Shown here one piece after another: positions 17,114 through 25,146 of a stretch of DNA of 27,784 nt (the stretch's first letter is position 1; each line of letters begins with the position of its first letter). A program made the position numbers and the translations under genes. The DNA is from a virus (Duplodnaviria > Caudoviricetes), in the IMG/VR virus record IMGVR_UViG_3300036833_000118, positions 1-27,784 of that record; one strand, given 5' to 3'. The notes under the pieces are model-generated. The model made no database searches and was not told where the DNA came from. It was given only the letters and a program-made list of their open reading frames with translations.

Positions 17114-17214
17114 AGCGTTCACCCTCTTAGCCGCCCCACCAGCGGGGGCAGGGGCATTGGTCGCCAGCGGGGCGGTGCCTCCTTTTCGAGGAGAGGCGGC
17201 CGGAACCTACACCC

Positions 17215-18933
17215 TCATCCCCGCTTCCGTCCAGCCTTCCCCGCCTGCTTGTGCTGGCCGATCCCGATGACGTCGCGTACCAAGTCCTCCTGCTTCTGCT
17301 CTTGCGCAGCCTTCGCCTGATCTTTCTGGCGCTGCCGCAAACGGGCGAGCAGCAGTTCGGCGCCCGGCGGATGCAGCATGTGGATCAGGTCCTCGCTGTC
17401 AATGGCGCCGGCCCGGGCGAGTGCGATCGCCACTTGCCGGTTGTCCTCGGCGAATGCCGGCGAGGCCGAATGGCTATCGACCTGCACTTGGAACCCTTCC
17501 GGCATATCAACCAAGGTGAACTCGGTTCCCTTGTCGGTGACGTAGATCGAGGCGTCCATGGCCTGCATGATGCGGAGCGCGAGATATCCGCTGGTGGCAA
17601 GCTGACGTTCAACGCGAGCCGCTTGATCGATCAATCGGGGGGATGATGTCCGAACCAACGTCTGCGCGTGAACGCCAGCACGCACGCCCGGCTCGCCCTG
17701 TCCACCCATGATTGGCGAAAAACCGGATGCCTCGTCAAACAGCTTGAACAGGAACTCCAGTTCCTGAAGATAGTTTTCCGGCGGCGGTTCGACCAGCTTC
17801 GACGCCTTGGCGTTCGGGTTGGGGTCGTTCATGAAGCCGCCTTCGTTGATGATCTTGAAATATTGCTCCTCGGTCACCGACGTGAAGCCGGAAAGGACCT
17901 GCGGCGCATTGACGTTGCGGTCCCACATCACCTTGATGTCACGGAGCCGCTTGGTCAGCACGTCCTGCAACATCTGCACATCGGCGACCATGGAGCGGCC
18001 CCAGAAGTAGCCCGGAGTGGCCTGCGCCTGCACCTTGATGAAGGGCTGGTGGCCGGGGACGCGCGAGATGTTGCGGCGCTGGTTTTCGCCTTCGATGATG
18101 ATCATCTCGGGGCCGTAAACCGCCTGAATTGTCGTATAGTCGCCCTGTCGCTTGCTGTCCTTGACCCAGAGTTCGCAGAGTTTCACCGTCGGCTGGAATT
18201 GCTGTTGCGGTCGCCACGGGGTCGGGACCGGGAATACGTTGACGATGCCGGCCGCCGATGGCTGATCGCCAACGTCGCCCAGCGGCTGGAGGCCGCCGAC
18301 CACCATCTGGTGGAAGTAGCTCGGTTCCATCTCTTCGCGCTTGGACGGCGAGGCGTCGAGGATGCGCTCGAAGATCGCTTTCTTCTTCGGGTGGTCGATA
18401 TCCTCCAGTATGGAGCGCAGCCGCGAGATCGTCGGATAGCTGACGTGGCAGAACGCCTCCTGCTCATCGAGATCGAGCACGGTCTCGGACATGACGCCGA
18501 AATTCTGCGGATGCACGGGCGCGAGCTTGAAGCTGCCATGATCGGACGGCATGTGCTTGAGCAAATAGCAGCCGTTGACCAGCGACCACACCGTTGCCTC
18601 GGCGAAGGTGATATCGCTGTCGGTCTGGCGATAGTCGGCTGTCAGCTTTTCGCTTGTCACCTGCGCGCGTTCGAGCACGTCCTCGGGTTCGGTGCTGTCG
18701 AAGATGATGTTGAAGCGCACATCGGTCGGCTGCATCAGGAAGCCGGCAAGGCGATCGATGAACGGTTTGATCTTGTTGTAGATCGCCGCCTGCGAGCTAT
18801 AGGTGCCCATGTAGTAGTATTGATTGGCGCGGGTGTAGACGAGGCCCCGCTCTTCTGACGAGGCCATGGTCTCGTCAACAACTTCCTTGGTCCACTCTTC
18901 GAGTTCTTGGTTATTCTCCGGGATACGCAACAT
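17215..18933 (-). CDS. Portal protein
   Basis: 572 aa from MLRIPENN; IYNKIKPFID, FWGRSMVADV..LQ motifs and a Q-rich C-terminal helix; located between terminase and scaffold. Confidence 0.85.
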   Translation of the reverse strand: MLRIPENNQELEEWTKEVVDETMASSEERGLVYTRANQYYYMGTYSSQAAIYNKIKPFIDRLAGFLMQPTDVRFNIIFDSTEPEDVLERAQVTSEKLTADYRQTDSDITFAEATVWSLVNGCYLLKHMPSDHGSFKLAPVHPQNFGVMSETVLDLDEQEAFCHVSYPTISRLRSILEDIDHPKKKAIFERILDASPSKREEMEPSYFHQMVVGGLQPLGDVGDQPSAAGIVNVFPVPTPWRPQQQFQPTVKLCELWVKDSKRQGDYTTIQAVYGPEMIIIEGENQRRNISRVPGHQPFIKVQAQATPGYFWGRSMVADVQMLQDVLTKRLRDIKVMWDRNVNAPQVLSGFTSVTEEQYFKIINEGGFMNDPNPNAKASKLVEPPPENYLQELEFLFKLFDEASGFSPIMGGQGEPGVRAGVHAQTLVRTSSPRLIDQAARVERQLATSGYLALRIMQAMDASIYVTDKGTEFTLVDMPEGFQVQVDSHSASPAFAEDNRQVAIALARAGAIDSEDLIHMLHPPGAELLLARLRQRQKDQAKAAQEQKQEDLVRDVIGIGQHKQAGKAGRKRG

Positions 18934-19147
18934 GGTCTTGCCAAATCCAGTGTCCGAGGTGGAAATTATAGCTACTGTAGCCGATCCTCGGCAGCACGTC
19001 GCTGTCCAGCACGTCCTGAAGCGGCGGGTCCGACGCGATCGCGATGACGTAACGCGTGCGCGGCCACGACAGGTGTTTTCCGTTGTAGGGGCCGCCGGTG
19101 CAGTGTCCGTGGTACTTGCCTTCGCTCTGTCCGATGTTCTGTTCCAT
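18911..19147 (-). CDS. Hypothetical protein (CTGGPYNG motif)
   Basis: SD GAGGG; GGPxxG motif common in small phage proteins. Confidence 0.6.
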   Translation of the reverse strand: MEQNIGQSEGKYHGHCTGGPYNGKHLSWPRTRYVIAIASDPPLQDVLDSDVLPRIGYSSYNFHLGHWIWQDHVAYPGE

Positions 19148-19157
19148 GTTTCCCTCA

Positions 19158-19616
19158 CTACCAGAGTTTTATCATTCGCCTTTTTGATGCTTCGATCAAG
19201 TCGGGTTCCGCCCCGCTCTTCAGGTTTGCCTGTAGCACGTCGAGACCGTTGCCGTACTTCAAACGGCTCTGCCGCCCGGCCGCGACCGCCTGTTGCAGCG
19301 TCTCCTGTGCCGCCGACCATGTCGAGGCCGGGACGTTGGCTGTCGTATCCTTGTAGCGCACCTTGGTGCGGTCGCCCTCCTTGCGCCCCACGGTCATGTC
19401 GCTGACATGGTAATCACTTGACGCGATCTCCTCAGCGAGGGCGTGTGCGCGTCCCGTGGCCGATCCGCTAAGTGCGACGGGTCGAAATTCCTGTCTCATA
19501 GACCGCTGCGCGCACATCGGACATTCCGGCGCTGGATCGTCAATCTGATCCATTGACAACGTCACATCCATCATGTGCATGCAATCTTCACAGGCGTAGG
19601 TGCGGACGATGGGCAT
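19158..19616 (-). CDS. FmdB-like zinc-ribbon protein
   Basis: MPIVRTYACEDC...PECPMC. Confidence 0.75.
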   Translation of the reverse strand: MPIVRTYACEDCMHMMDVTLSMDQIDDPAPECPMCAQRSMRQEFRPVALSGSATGRAHALAEEIASSDYHVSDMTVGRKEGDRTKVRYKDTTANVPASTWSAAQETLQQAVAAGRQSRLKYGNGLDVLQANLKSGAEPDLIEASKRRMIKLW

Positions 19617-19618
19617 GG

Positions 19619-19891
19619 CTACAAGGTCAATTCCTTAATGATCCACATAACGCTTTCCTCCAGCGAGGTGAGGGCTAGCGCTTGATAACGGAGCGAGCCC
19701 GGGACGTTCTCAGCCTTCGGCATCACTTTCGCATAGAGCGTTTCCAGTTCTTCGGCCTTGGTCTTGATCTGATCGTGCAGCGCCTTCTCATCGTTGGTCA
19801 GCGCGCGGTAGCGCGGCCGGAAGCGTGAAGTCGCCAGCTTGACATCGTCGCTCTGGCGAGCATCTGGTTCACCTTCGTAGACATTCGGCAT
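19619..19891 (-). CDS. acb2: Acb2/Tad1-like nucleotide-signal sponge (putative anti-CBASS/anti-Thoeris)
   Basis: YRALTNDEKALHDQIKTKAEEL...RYQALALTSLEESVMWIIKEL resembles the Acb2 YRxLSxEE..N.K and R..AxAxTxL..xxM hairpin; 90 aa. Confidence 0.68.
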   Translation of the reverse strand: MPNVYEGEPDARQSDDVKLATSRFRPRYRALTNDEKALHDQIKTKAEELETLYAKVMPKAENVPGSLRYQALALTSLEESVMWIIKELTL

Positions 19892-20291
19892 GGTCTCTGC
19901 CTTTCAAATGTGGGAGGTTACTTGCTTGCCGGCCGTGCTTGACCCGATCCAGTGCATTGTCGCTTCGTGTGCCGTAACGGATGTTGCTACGTCGAGTATT
20001 CAGCTTGTCACCATCATTGTGACACACTTCTTCCCCCAACGGGCAAGGGCCAATGAAAGCGAGTGCGAGGAGGCGATGAATTGGAACGCCGGGATGTCCA
20101 CCACCAAGTTTCACTCTCAGGTATCCACTGTTGAGGACGGGGGTTAATACGCGGCCCGGAAAGCGCCGAAACGCGGGTCTGTTGGTTGTTTCGCTACGCG
20201 GATCGTAAATCAAACGATCAATGCTGCGAACGCGGCCAAGGTCTGAAACCTCGTAACCGGGATGGCCGGGGATTGCGCGCCATTCTTCCAT
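19869..20291 (-). CDS. NUMOD4-HNH homing endonuclease
   Basis: EEWRAIPGHPGYEVSDLGRVRS (NUMOD4) and HRLLALAF...CHNDGDKLN...NIRYGTRSDN (HNH). Confidence 0.9.
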   Translation of the reverse strand: MEEWRAIPGHPGYEVSDLGRVRSIDRLIYDPRSETTNRPAFRRFPGRVLTPVLNSGYLRVKLGGGHPGVPIHRLLALAFIGPCPLGEEVCHNDGDKLNTRRSNIRYGTRSDNALDRVKHGRQASNLPHLKGRDHAECLRR

Positions 20292-22084
20292 CAGAATTTC
20301 TCGTGTCGTTGTCTAGCCTTCCGGTTGATTTCGGCCATCTTCTGGCTAAAGGCGAACGAGAGCAGGGTGCCCGGGTCTTGCGGCGGTCGCTCGCCCTGAA
20401 CCGCGTCCCACGTCAGTTTCCTCGCGATCAGTCCGGGCCGCCGCCACTCGATCCACGCATGATGCGCCAGAACCAGCGCCGAAACCAGATCATCGTTGAC
20501 GCCGGTATCGGGGCCGGCGCCGATCCAGCCGCCGTCCTCGATGATGGCCTGTAGCTGCTGCACCAGCCGGGGCGATCTGATTTCGACGCGCCGCAGCATG
20601 AGACTGTCGCGCACTTCCGAGTAGACCTGATGCTTGTTGTCCTGATTGGCCTTCCACGCGATGACGTTGCCGGCGCCGCCCAGCGTGTCGGGCCGCTTGT
20701 ACAGGAACCAGCGCACCGCGCCGATCATGTCGAGAATGCTGCCCGTGCCCGGGTCGCCTTGCAGGATGCCCTGCTCCGCAAGTTGCCGCAGATTGCGCAC
20801 CTCGGGGAGCACGGCCGCGCCGACGCCGGTCACTTCGAGGTTGGCGAGGTGATCCCGGTACGCGCCGGCCATGTGCGCCAGCACCCATGCGAGTTGATAG
20901 GTCAGCGGGCGGTTGGTGCGAAACTCGGCGACCTGCACCACCTTGTCGGCATAGCAGCGCAGCACCTGAATGGCGTGGTCGTTGGCGTCACCGCCGCCGC
21001 CGCCGGACGGATCGACGCCGATGGTGTAAAGGCCGTCCGGCACAGGCGGCTCGTAAACCCGGAGCATGGCCTCGTCGCGGTCGGATGTCGGTTCGATATG
21101 CGAACCAAGGAACGTCTCCTCGAAAATGTACTTGTAGCCCTTGTACGGCGCGCCCTGCGCCAAGTGCTCGCCGATTTCCAGCGTGCGCTTCGCGGGGAAG
21201 AAGCCAGAGCCCGACGCGATGAAGCATTCGCGCTCATGCCACGGATAGTGCCGCAGCATGTATTCTTCAGCCCTGAACTCGTTCTCGCGCCGCCACCACG
21301 CGATCTGCTCTGGCTTGATCGTGTGTCCATAGTTCTGCTTGACGTAGCGCGCTCGCTCGATCTCGTCCTCGGTCAGATGACCGTCCCAGTAAATCTTGTA
21401 GTCGGGATCGTTCTTCGGGATGCTGTAGGTCGGGTTGGCCCAGAAGCCGATGAAGATGAACCGCATGTGGCGGTCGGCCTTGGCCTGCTGGCAATGATTG
21501 TAAAACCAGTTGAAGCCGTTGGCGATGCTCTCCCAGATGTAGAGCCGGTGCGGGTTCTGCCGGGCCAGCGACGCCTTGAGACTTTCGACGCCGGCCAGCG
21601 ACTTCCACTGCGCGCACTCGGTGGCGTGCATCATGTTCAGCGCACGCGACGCACCGAGGTCCGGATTGGACGCCGCAGCCATAAGATCGATGACAGAGCG
21701 GTTCGCAAAAGCCATGCCAGAGCGATTGTTCTGTATGAGCTTGTGCTCCGGGCCGCGCCATTCATCAGGTAGAGTTTCCAGAAGGCTCGCAAATATGCGT
21801 CTAAGGCGCTCAAGATTATCCGTTCGATCGGCAATGATCGCACCTTGCACACCTTCGTTGGCCAGCGCCCAGAACAGTTCGATGACGGACGATACTGTTG
21901 TGATGGCGACTTGTCGGCACTTCAGGATGACGAACTCGTGGACGCCTTCTTGCAGCCCGCGCGCCACCGCGTCGATGACGATCTTCTGCGATGGCCACGG
22001 GTCGATGTGACAGCGACCTTCCTCCTTGGTATCGAGTTCGACACTTGACAGAAGGTCATATATCCCTTGGCGGATTGTTGCCAT
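20291..22084 (-). CDS. terL: Terminase large subunit
   Basis: VILKCRQVAITT (Walker A region), MMHATE (Walker B), WESIANG (coupling motif), IGVDPSGG and NDDLVSA (RNase H-like nuclease). Confidence 0.92.
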   Translation of the reverse strand: MATIRQGIYDLLSSVELDTKEEGRCHIDPWPSQKIVIDAVARGLQEGVHEFVILKCRQVAITTVSSVIELFWALANEGVQGAIIADRTDNLERLRRIFASLLETLPDEWRGPEHKLIQNNRSGMAFANRSVIDLMAAASNPDLGASRALNMMHATECAQWKSLAGVESLKASLARQNPHRLYIWESIANGFNWFYNHCQQAKADRHMRFIFIGFWANPTYSIPKNDPDYKIYWDGHLTEDEIERARYVKQNYGHTIKPEQIAWWRRENEFRAEEYMLRHYPWHERECFIASGSGFFPAKRTLEIGEHLAQGAPYKGYKYIFEETFLGSHIEPTSDRDEAMLRVYEPPVPDGLYTIGVDPSGGGGGDANDHAIQVLRCYADKVVQVAEFRTNRPLTYQLAWVLAHMAGAYRDHLANLEVTGVGAAVLPEVRNLRQLAEQGILQGDPGTGSILDMIGAVRWFLYKRPDTLGGAGNVIAWKANQDNKHQVYSEVRDSLMLRRVEIRSPRLVQQLQAIIEDGGWIGAGPDTGVNDDLVSALVLAHHAWIEWRRPGLIARKLTWDAVQGERPPQDPGTLLSFAFSQKMAEINRKARQRHEKF

Positions 22085-22289
22085 CAACGTCGCCCGCGTT
22101 CGGGGTTCCCGGTTCGGCCACTCTAGCGTAAATGTTCCCGGCGCGTCTACGGAAGCCGCCAGAGATGAACTGCGGCGGGGCGGGCGGCCGGCTCTGCGCT
22201 TCTAGCAGGCTGGCGATCCGGCGCAGTTCCAAAAGGATCGCGTGCACATCACCGGTCCCGATATCGGGTGGAAGCTGTCCCATTTGCAT
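22056..22289 (-). CDS. Hypothetical protein upstream of terL
   Basis: SD AGGAG; 77 aa. Confidence 0.6.
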   Translation of the reverse strand: MQMGQLPPDIGTGDVHAILLELRRIASLLEAQSRPPAPPQFISGGFRRRAGNIYARVAEPGTPNAGDVDGNNPPRDI

Positions 22290-22311
22290 CTCCTGTCATC
22301 ATGGCTATATT
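22284..22311 (+). promoter_or_regulatory. Candidate sigma70-type antisense promoter
   Basis: TTGCAT-N16-TATATT directly upstream of two hairpins. Confidence 0.45.
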
Positions 22312-22317
22312 ACACAT

Positions 22318-22392
22318 CTGCTGACCACGGTCAGCATCTCCACTATCAGACTTCTTGCCGTCGGCTTGTTCCTCGACAGCCGACGGCTTTTT
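22318..22392 (+). ncRNA. Candidate antisense small RNA with anti-Shine-Dalgarno linker
   Basis: 5' hairpin tgctgacc-ac-ggtcagca (22319-22336), 20-nt linker tctccactatcagacttctt, then a terminator hairpin with T5. Confidence 0.5.
22357..22392 (+). terminator. Intrinsic terminator, antisense to the coding strand
   Basis: gccgtcggct...agccgacggc 10-bp stem followed by TTTTT. No U-tract follows the stem on the minus strand. Confidence 0.65.
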
Positions 22393-22394
22393 CG

Positions 22395-22619
22395 TCACAC
22401 GACCTGCCAGTCTTTCGCGAGCAGGTCGCTCTGCGAGCACAGCCACGGCACCAGATCGCTTTGGACTGTCCGGATGTACACATAGGGCAGCGTCATCTTC
22501 GAGCCGTCGTCGGGAACCTGCAATTTCAGATACATTTCCTTGCCGTTCCATCCGGAGCGAGCAACGCGCTTGCCGCTCCGCAACTGCTCCACTGCCCAGC
22601 CAATGTCGTCGTCTGCCAT
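22395..22619 (-). CDS. tad2: DUF2829 / Tad2-like protein (putative Thoeris anti-defence sponge)
   Basis: IGWAVEQLRSGKRVARSGWNGKEMYL...PWLCSQSDLLAKDW signature; SD AAGGAG. Confidence 0.85.
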   Translation of the reverse strand: MADDDIGWAVEQLRSGKRVARSGWNGKEMYLKLQVPDDGSKMTLPYVYIRTVQSDLVPWLCSQSDLLAKDWQVV

Positions 22620-22620
22620 T

Positions 22621-22881
22621 TCACTTCTCCTTGCTCTGCTTCAGATCAATGATGACGTTGCCGGTGACCGGATCGTAGGGCTCACCGATCTTCGGCATGT
22701 GTTCCGGGAAGGTTGTCACGTCATGTTCCCAGCGCCATAGGCCATAGTCCCGCAACGAAGCAGCGAGCGCGGCGGTCTGCTCGGCGGTCCATTCATCAAA
22801 CGGGACGGGATTTTTTCTTGGTTCGCCGTGCGCCGTGGCGGACAGCAGCAACAATAGCAGCACGCTAAATTTTTTTATCAT
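22621..22881 (-). CDS. Small protein with predicted signal peptide
   Basis: MIKKFSVLLLLLLSATAHG has a basic-hydrophobic-AxG pattern. Confidence 0.6.
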   Translation of the reverse strand: MIKKFSVLLLLLLSATAHGEPRKNPVPFDEWTAEQTAALAASLRDYGLWRWEHDVTTFPEHMPKIGEPYDPVTGNVIIDLKQSKEK

Positions 22882-23107
22882 TGCCGGTTTCCTTTGTGGG
22901 GAGGGCGGCCGTCGGGAACGGCTCGACCAGAAACATCAGGTTCTCATCGGCGATCCACTCCACCGCCGTCTCTGGCCCGATCAGTCGGCCCTTGAGCGCG
23001 ACGCCGATCGCCACAATCTCGCTGTCCATCAGTTTCGCCCGCGCCGACGCCACCCGGAGCGCCGCCAGAAGAAATTCGCGGTGGGTTTCATCGTCCAGCG
23101 CGCTCAT
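22865..23107 (-). CDS. Hypothetical protein
   Basis: 80-aa helical ORF tightly packed with neighbours; GAGG SD. Confidence 0.65.
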   Translation of the reverse strand: MSALDDETHREFLLAALRVASARAKLMDSEIVAIGVALKGRLIGPETAVEWIADENLMFLVEPFPTAALPTKETGNDKKI

Positions 23108-23310
23108 TTACAGACCTCGTACTTGATCCGCCGGCAGATTGCCCTAGCACGCTTGACGTCGTCGAGTGCCTTGAATTCGTCCGGCAAGGCCGCCATGGTT
23201 TCGTCAAGCATGTCAGTGACGTCAAGCAGCATGCTGATCAAGGTCTCGTTTTTTACTTCGAGCGTTTTGAGACGATCGCGCATCTCTAACAGTTGTTCTT
23301 CCGACTTCAT
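23104..23310 (-). CDS. Hypothetical coiled-coil protein
   Basis: ATGA coupling at 23307-23310; GAGG SD. Confidence 0.6.
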   Translation of the reverse strand: MKSEEQLLEMRDRLKTLEVKNETLISMLLDVTDMLDETMAALPDEFKALDDVKRARAICRRIKYEVCK

Positions 23311-23555
23311 GATCGACCTCTCGCTTCTGGCGGATACGTAACGCCCTCGCCGAACTTCCATTCAAAAACCGTGCAGTCGCCGTCATCGGTGATGATGACG
23401 CGATCCACAATGCCGTGCCGCGCCGCCACGTTGTGGGTGTAATGGTGCGCGACCTCGACCGCTTGCTTGGCGTCAACGAAGCGACGCACGTATTCATACG
23501 TACCATCCTCGAAAAACTGGCACACTGAAAATTTCTCGTCCGTCTCGTTATCCAT
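23307..23555 (-). CDS. Hypothetical early phage protein
   Basis: SD GTGGAGA; FSVCQFFEDG..YEYV...RVIITDDGDC..FEW. Confidence 0.75.
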   Translation of the reverse strand: MDNETDEKFSVCQFFEDGTYEYVRRFVDAKQAVEVAHHYTHNVAARHGIVDRVIITDDGDCTVFEWKFGEGVTYPPEARGRS

Positions 23556-23567
23556 GCTCTCTCTCCA

Positions 23568-23987
23568 CTATTGCAGCAGGTCTGACAGCTTCAGCAAAAC
23601 GACGGAAAAGCGTCCCGCGTCGCCGCCATGTTCGCGATGCTGTCCGGCTTGGTAGGCTGCTCGCGCCAGTTCTTTTAACCGTTCGACCGGCAGCATCAGA
23701 TAGAGCAGCGTCCTGCCGTCCCGGCGCAGTTCATGAACCCAGTAATCAGCTTCCGTCGTTGCGATGCCGGATGGCTGGCCGTCACAGGCGTATTCGATCG
23801 CGATGTTGCCGGTCTGCTCCCATTGCCACGTTTCCGACTTCAACTCGATTTTTTCAATATTGGCGGCGCAGAAGATTTCAGCCAAGCATCGCTCCCGGAT
23901 CAAGGCGTCCGACAGTTGCAGATCGAACTTTCGATCTCGGTTGAAAATGATCTTGCCGGTAAACGGATCGCGATCGGGCTCTGCCAT
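23568..23987 (-). CDS. PD-(D/E)XK-like phage protein
   Basis: FDLQL...IELKSE...TGNIAIEY...PSGIATTEADYW pattern; SD GTGGAGA. Confidence 0.6.
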   Translation of the reverse strand: MAEPDRDPFTGKIIFNRDRKFDLQLSDALIRERCLAEIFCAANIEKIELKSETWQWEQTGNIAIEYACDGQPSGIATTEADYWVHELRRDGRTLLYLMLPVERLKELARAAYQAGQHREHGGDAGRFSVVLLKLSDLLQ

Positions 23988-24090
23988 GATACGTCTCCAC
24001 TACTGACCTAATTGAACCGGAATTTTTTTATTTTTTTGTAATCGAATTCCGACTGAAATTTTTTTTGGGATTTTTTTTGTCAAGTGTTCC

Positions 24091-24119
24091 ACTTTACATT
24101 TTTTTTTGGTCCAAGTCAA
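24091..24119 (-). promoter_or_regulatory. sigma70-type promoter with an A9 tract in the spacer
   Basis: TTGACT-N17-TAAAGT; a second TTGACA at 24078-24083. Confidence 0.6.
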
Positions 24120-24223
24120 GGGGCGGATGCCAGCGGGCGCAGTCTGACCGCCGCTTGGGGACGGCGAGGAGGGGCGCCCGCTGGCTTTCGGCAGTCCGTC
24201 TGCCGTCCCTTATGGCCCTCCTC

Positions 24224-24568
24224 TTAGCGCAGGAACTCGGTTGCGGCTTCAGATTTACATGGCGCGTCGGTTTCCTTCAGGATGAACCGAACATCGACCA
24301 CGTCGCCATCCTTCAGTTCGTCCCAGTGCCATAGGATGTAGCGATGCCCGACCGGGAAGGTCCGGCCCTCCTGCTGGTACGGATCGTTGGTGATGCGGCT
24401 ATTGTTGCAGCCCAGATGAGTGATTGCGATGTTGGGCTGCCCGGTGAGCGGGTAACCAACGCGGCGCATCAAGTATCGTTGCGCGTCATTGTCGGCCTGT
24501 CCGAGGTTGATGCAGAGCAGCGGGATGAAGGTCCCGTGATCCCGCAGTTCCAAAATCTTGACTTCCAT
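24224..24568 (-). CDS. Hypothetical early phage protein
   Basis: SD GGAGG; 114 aa (LELRDHGTFIP...WDELKDGDVVDVRFIL). Confidence 0.75.
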   Translation of the reverse strand: MEVKILELRDHGTFIPLLCINLGQADNDAQRYLMRRVGYPLTGQPNIAITHLGCNNSRITNDPYQQEGRTFPVGHRYILWHWDELKDGDVVDVRFILKETDAPCKSEAATEFLR

Positions 24569-24571
24569 GGT

Positions 24572-24778
24572 TCAGCCCTCCGCCCGAAGGAAAACGGAAT
24601 ATTTGTCTTCCAGCTCTTTCTCGGTCAAAGAGCGCGGATCAACCGAACCAAGCCAATCCAGAAACGCTTGCGCCTTGTCGTGATCCTCGAACACCGGCCC
24701 GAATGCCCACATGGACACAGAGCAATACAGGATTGCGCCGTCGGACGCCTGATCACCTTGTAAGATACGAACACCCAT
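24572..24778 (-). CDS. Hypothetical protein
   Basis: SD AAGGAGG; 68 aa. Confidence 0.7.
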   Translation of the reverse strand: MGVRILQGDQASDGAILYCSVSMWAFGPVFEDHDKAQAFLDWLGSVDPRSLTEKELEDKYSVFLRAEG

Positions 24779-24782
24779 TTGG

Positions 24783-24968
24783 TCAGCCCTCCTTCACGCC
24801 GGGGCACGCGGCCACCAGCGCCCGCAGTTCGGCGTCCGACTTTCCCGCCTTGATCGCGTCGCCAAGCACATCACAGAGCTTGGTGATCGAGAGCATCGGG
24901 ATTTGAAAACCGGCGATCGCGCGCGATATGCGCGCCTCCGCCATCTTTCGTGAACGTGCTGTAGACAT
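24783..24968 (-). CDS. Hypothetical protein
   Basis: SD GTGGAG-A7-TG start (MSTARSRK). Confidence 0.65.
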   Translation of the reverse strand: MSTARSRKMAEARISRAIAGFQIPMLSITKLCDVLGDAIKAGKSDAELRALVAACPGVKEG

Positions 24969-25113
24969 TTTTTTCTCCACTGTCAGGATGTAAAGACGAC
25001 TAGCTTACACGGCAAATAGCCAAAAGAATTTTTTTCCGCAGGAATAATTTTTTTTTGCCTTCAAGTTTCCTTGAACCGAGGCTGGCGGCCCCGGCCCCGG
25101 CCCGGCCACCGCC

Positions 25114-25140
25114 CGCCCGGGCGGTTTCGCCGCCCGGGCG
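25114..25140. other. Perfect 11-bp GC hairpin
   Basis: cgcccgggcgg-tttcg-ccgcccgggcg just after the stop at 25147; no adjacent U-tract on either strand. Confidence 0.65.
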
Positions 25141-25146
25141 TTCGCG

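Noticed and set aside
18934-19320. N-terminal 129-aa extension of the 701-aa portal ORF
   Set aside because: Overlaps two better-supported genes (Zn-ribbon and the 78-aa ORF); the portal more plausibly starts at 18933.
231-21772. Numerous long plus-strand ORFs (e.g. 9297..10298, 17668..18858, 20630..21772)
   Set aside because: Antisense shadows expected at high GC; no recognisable motifs.
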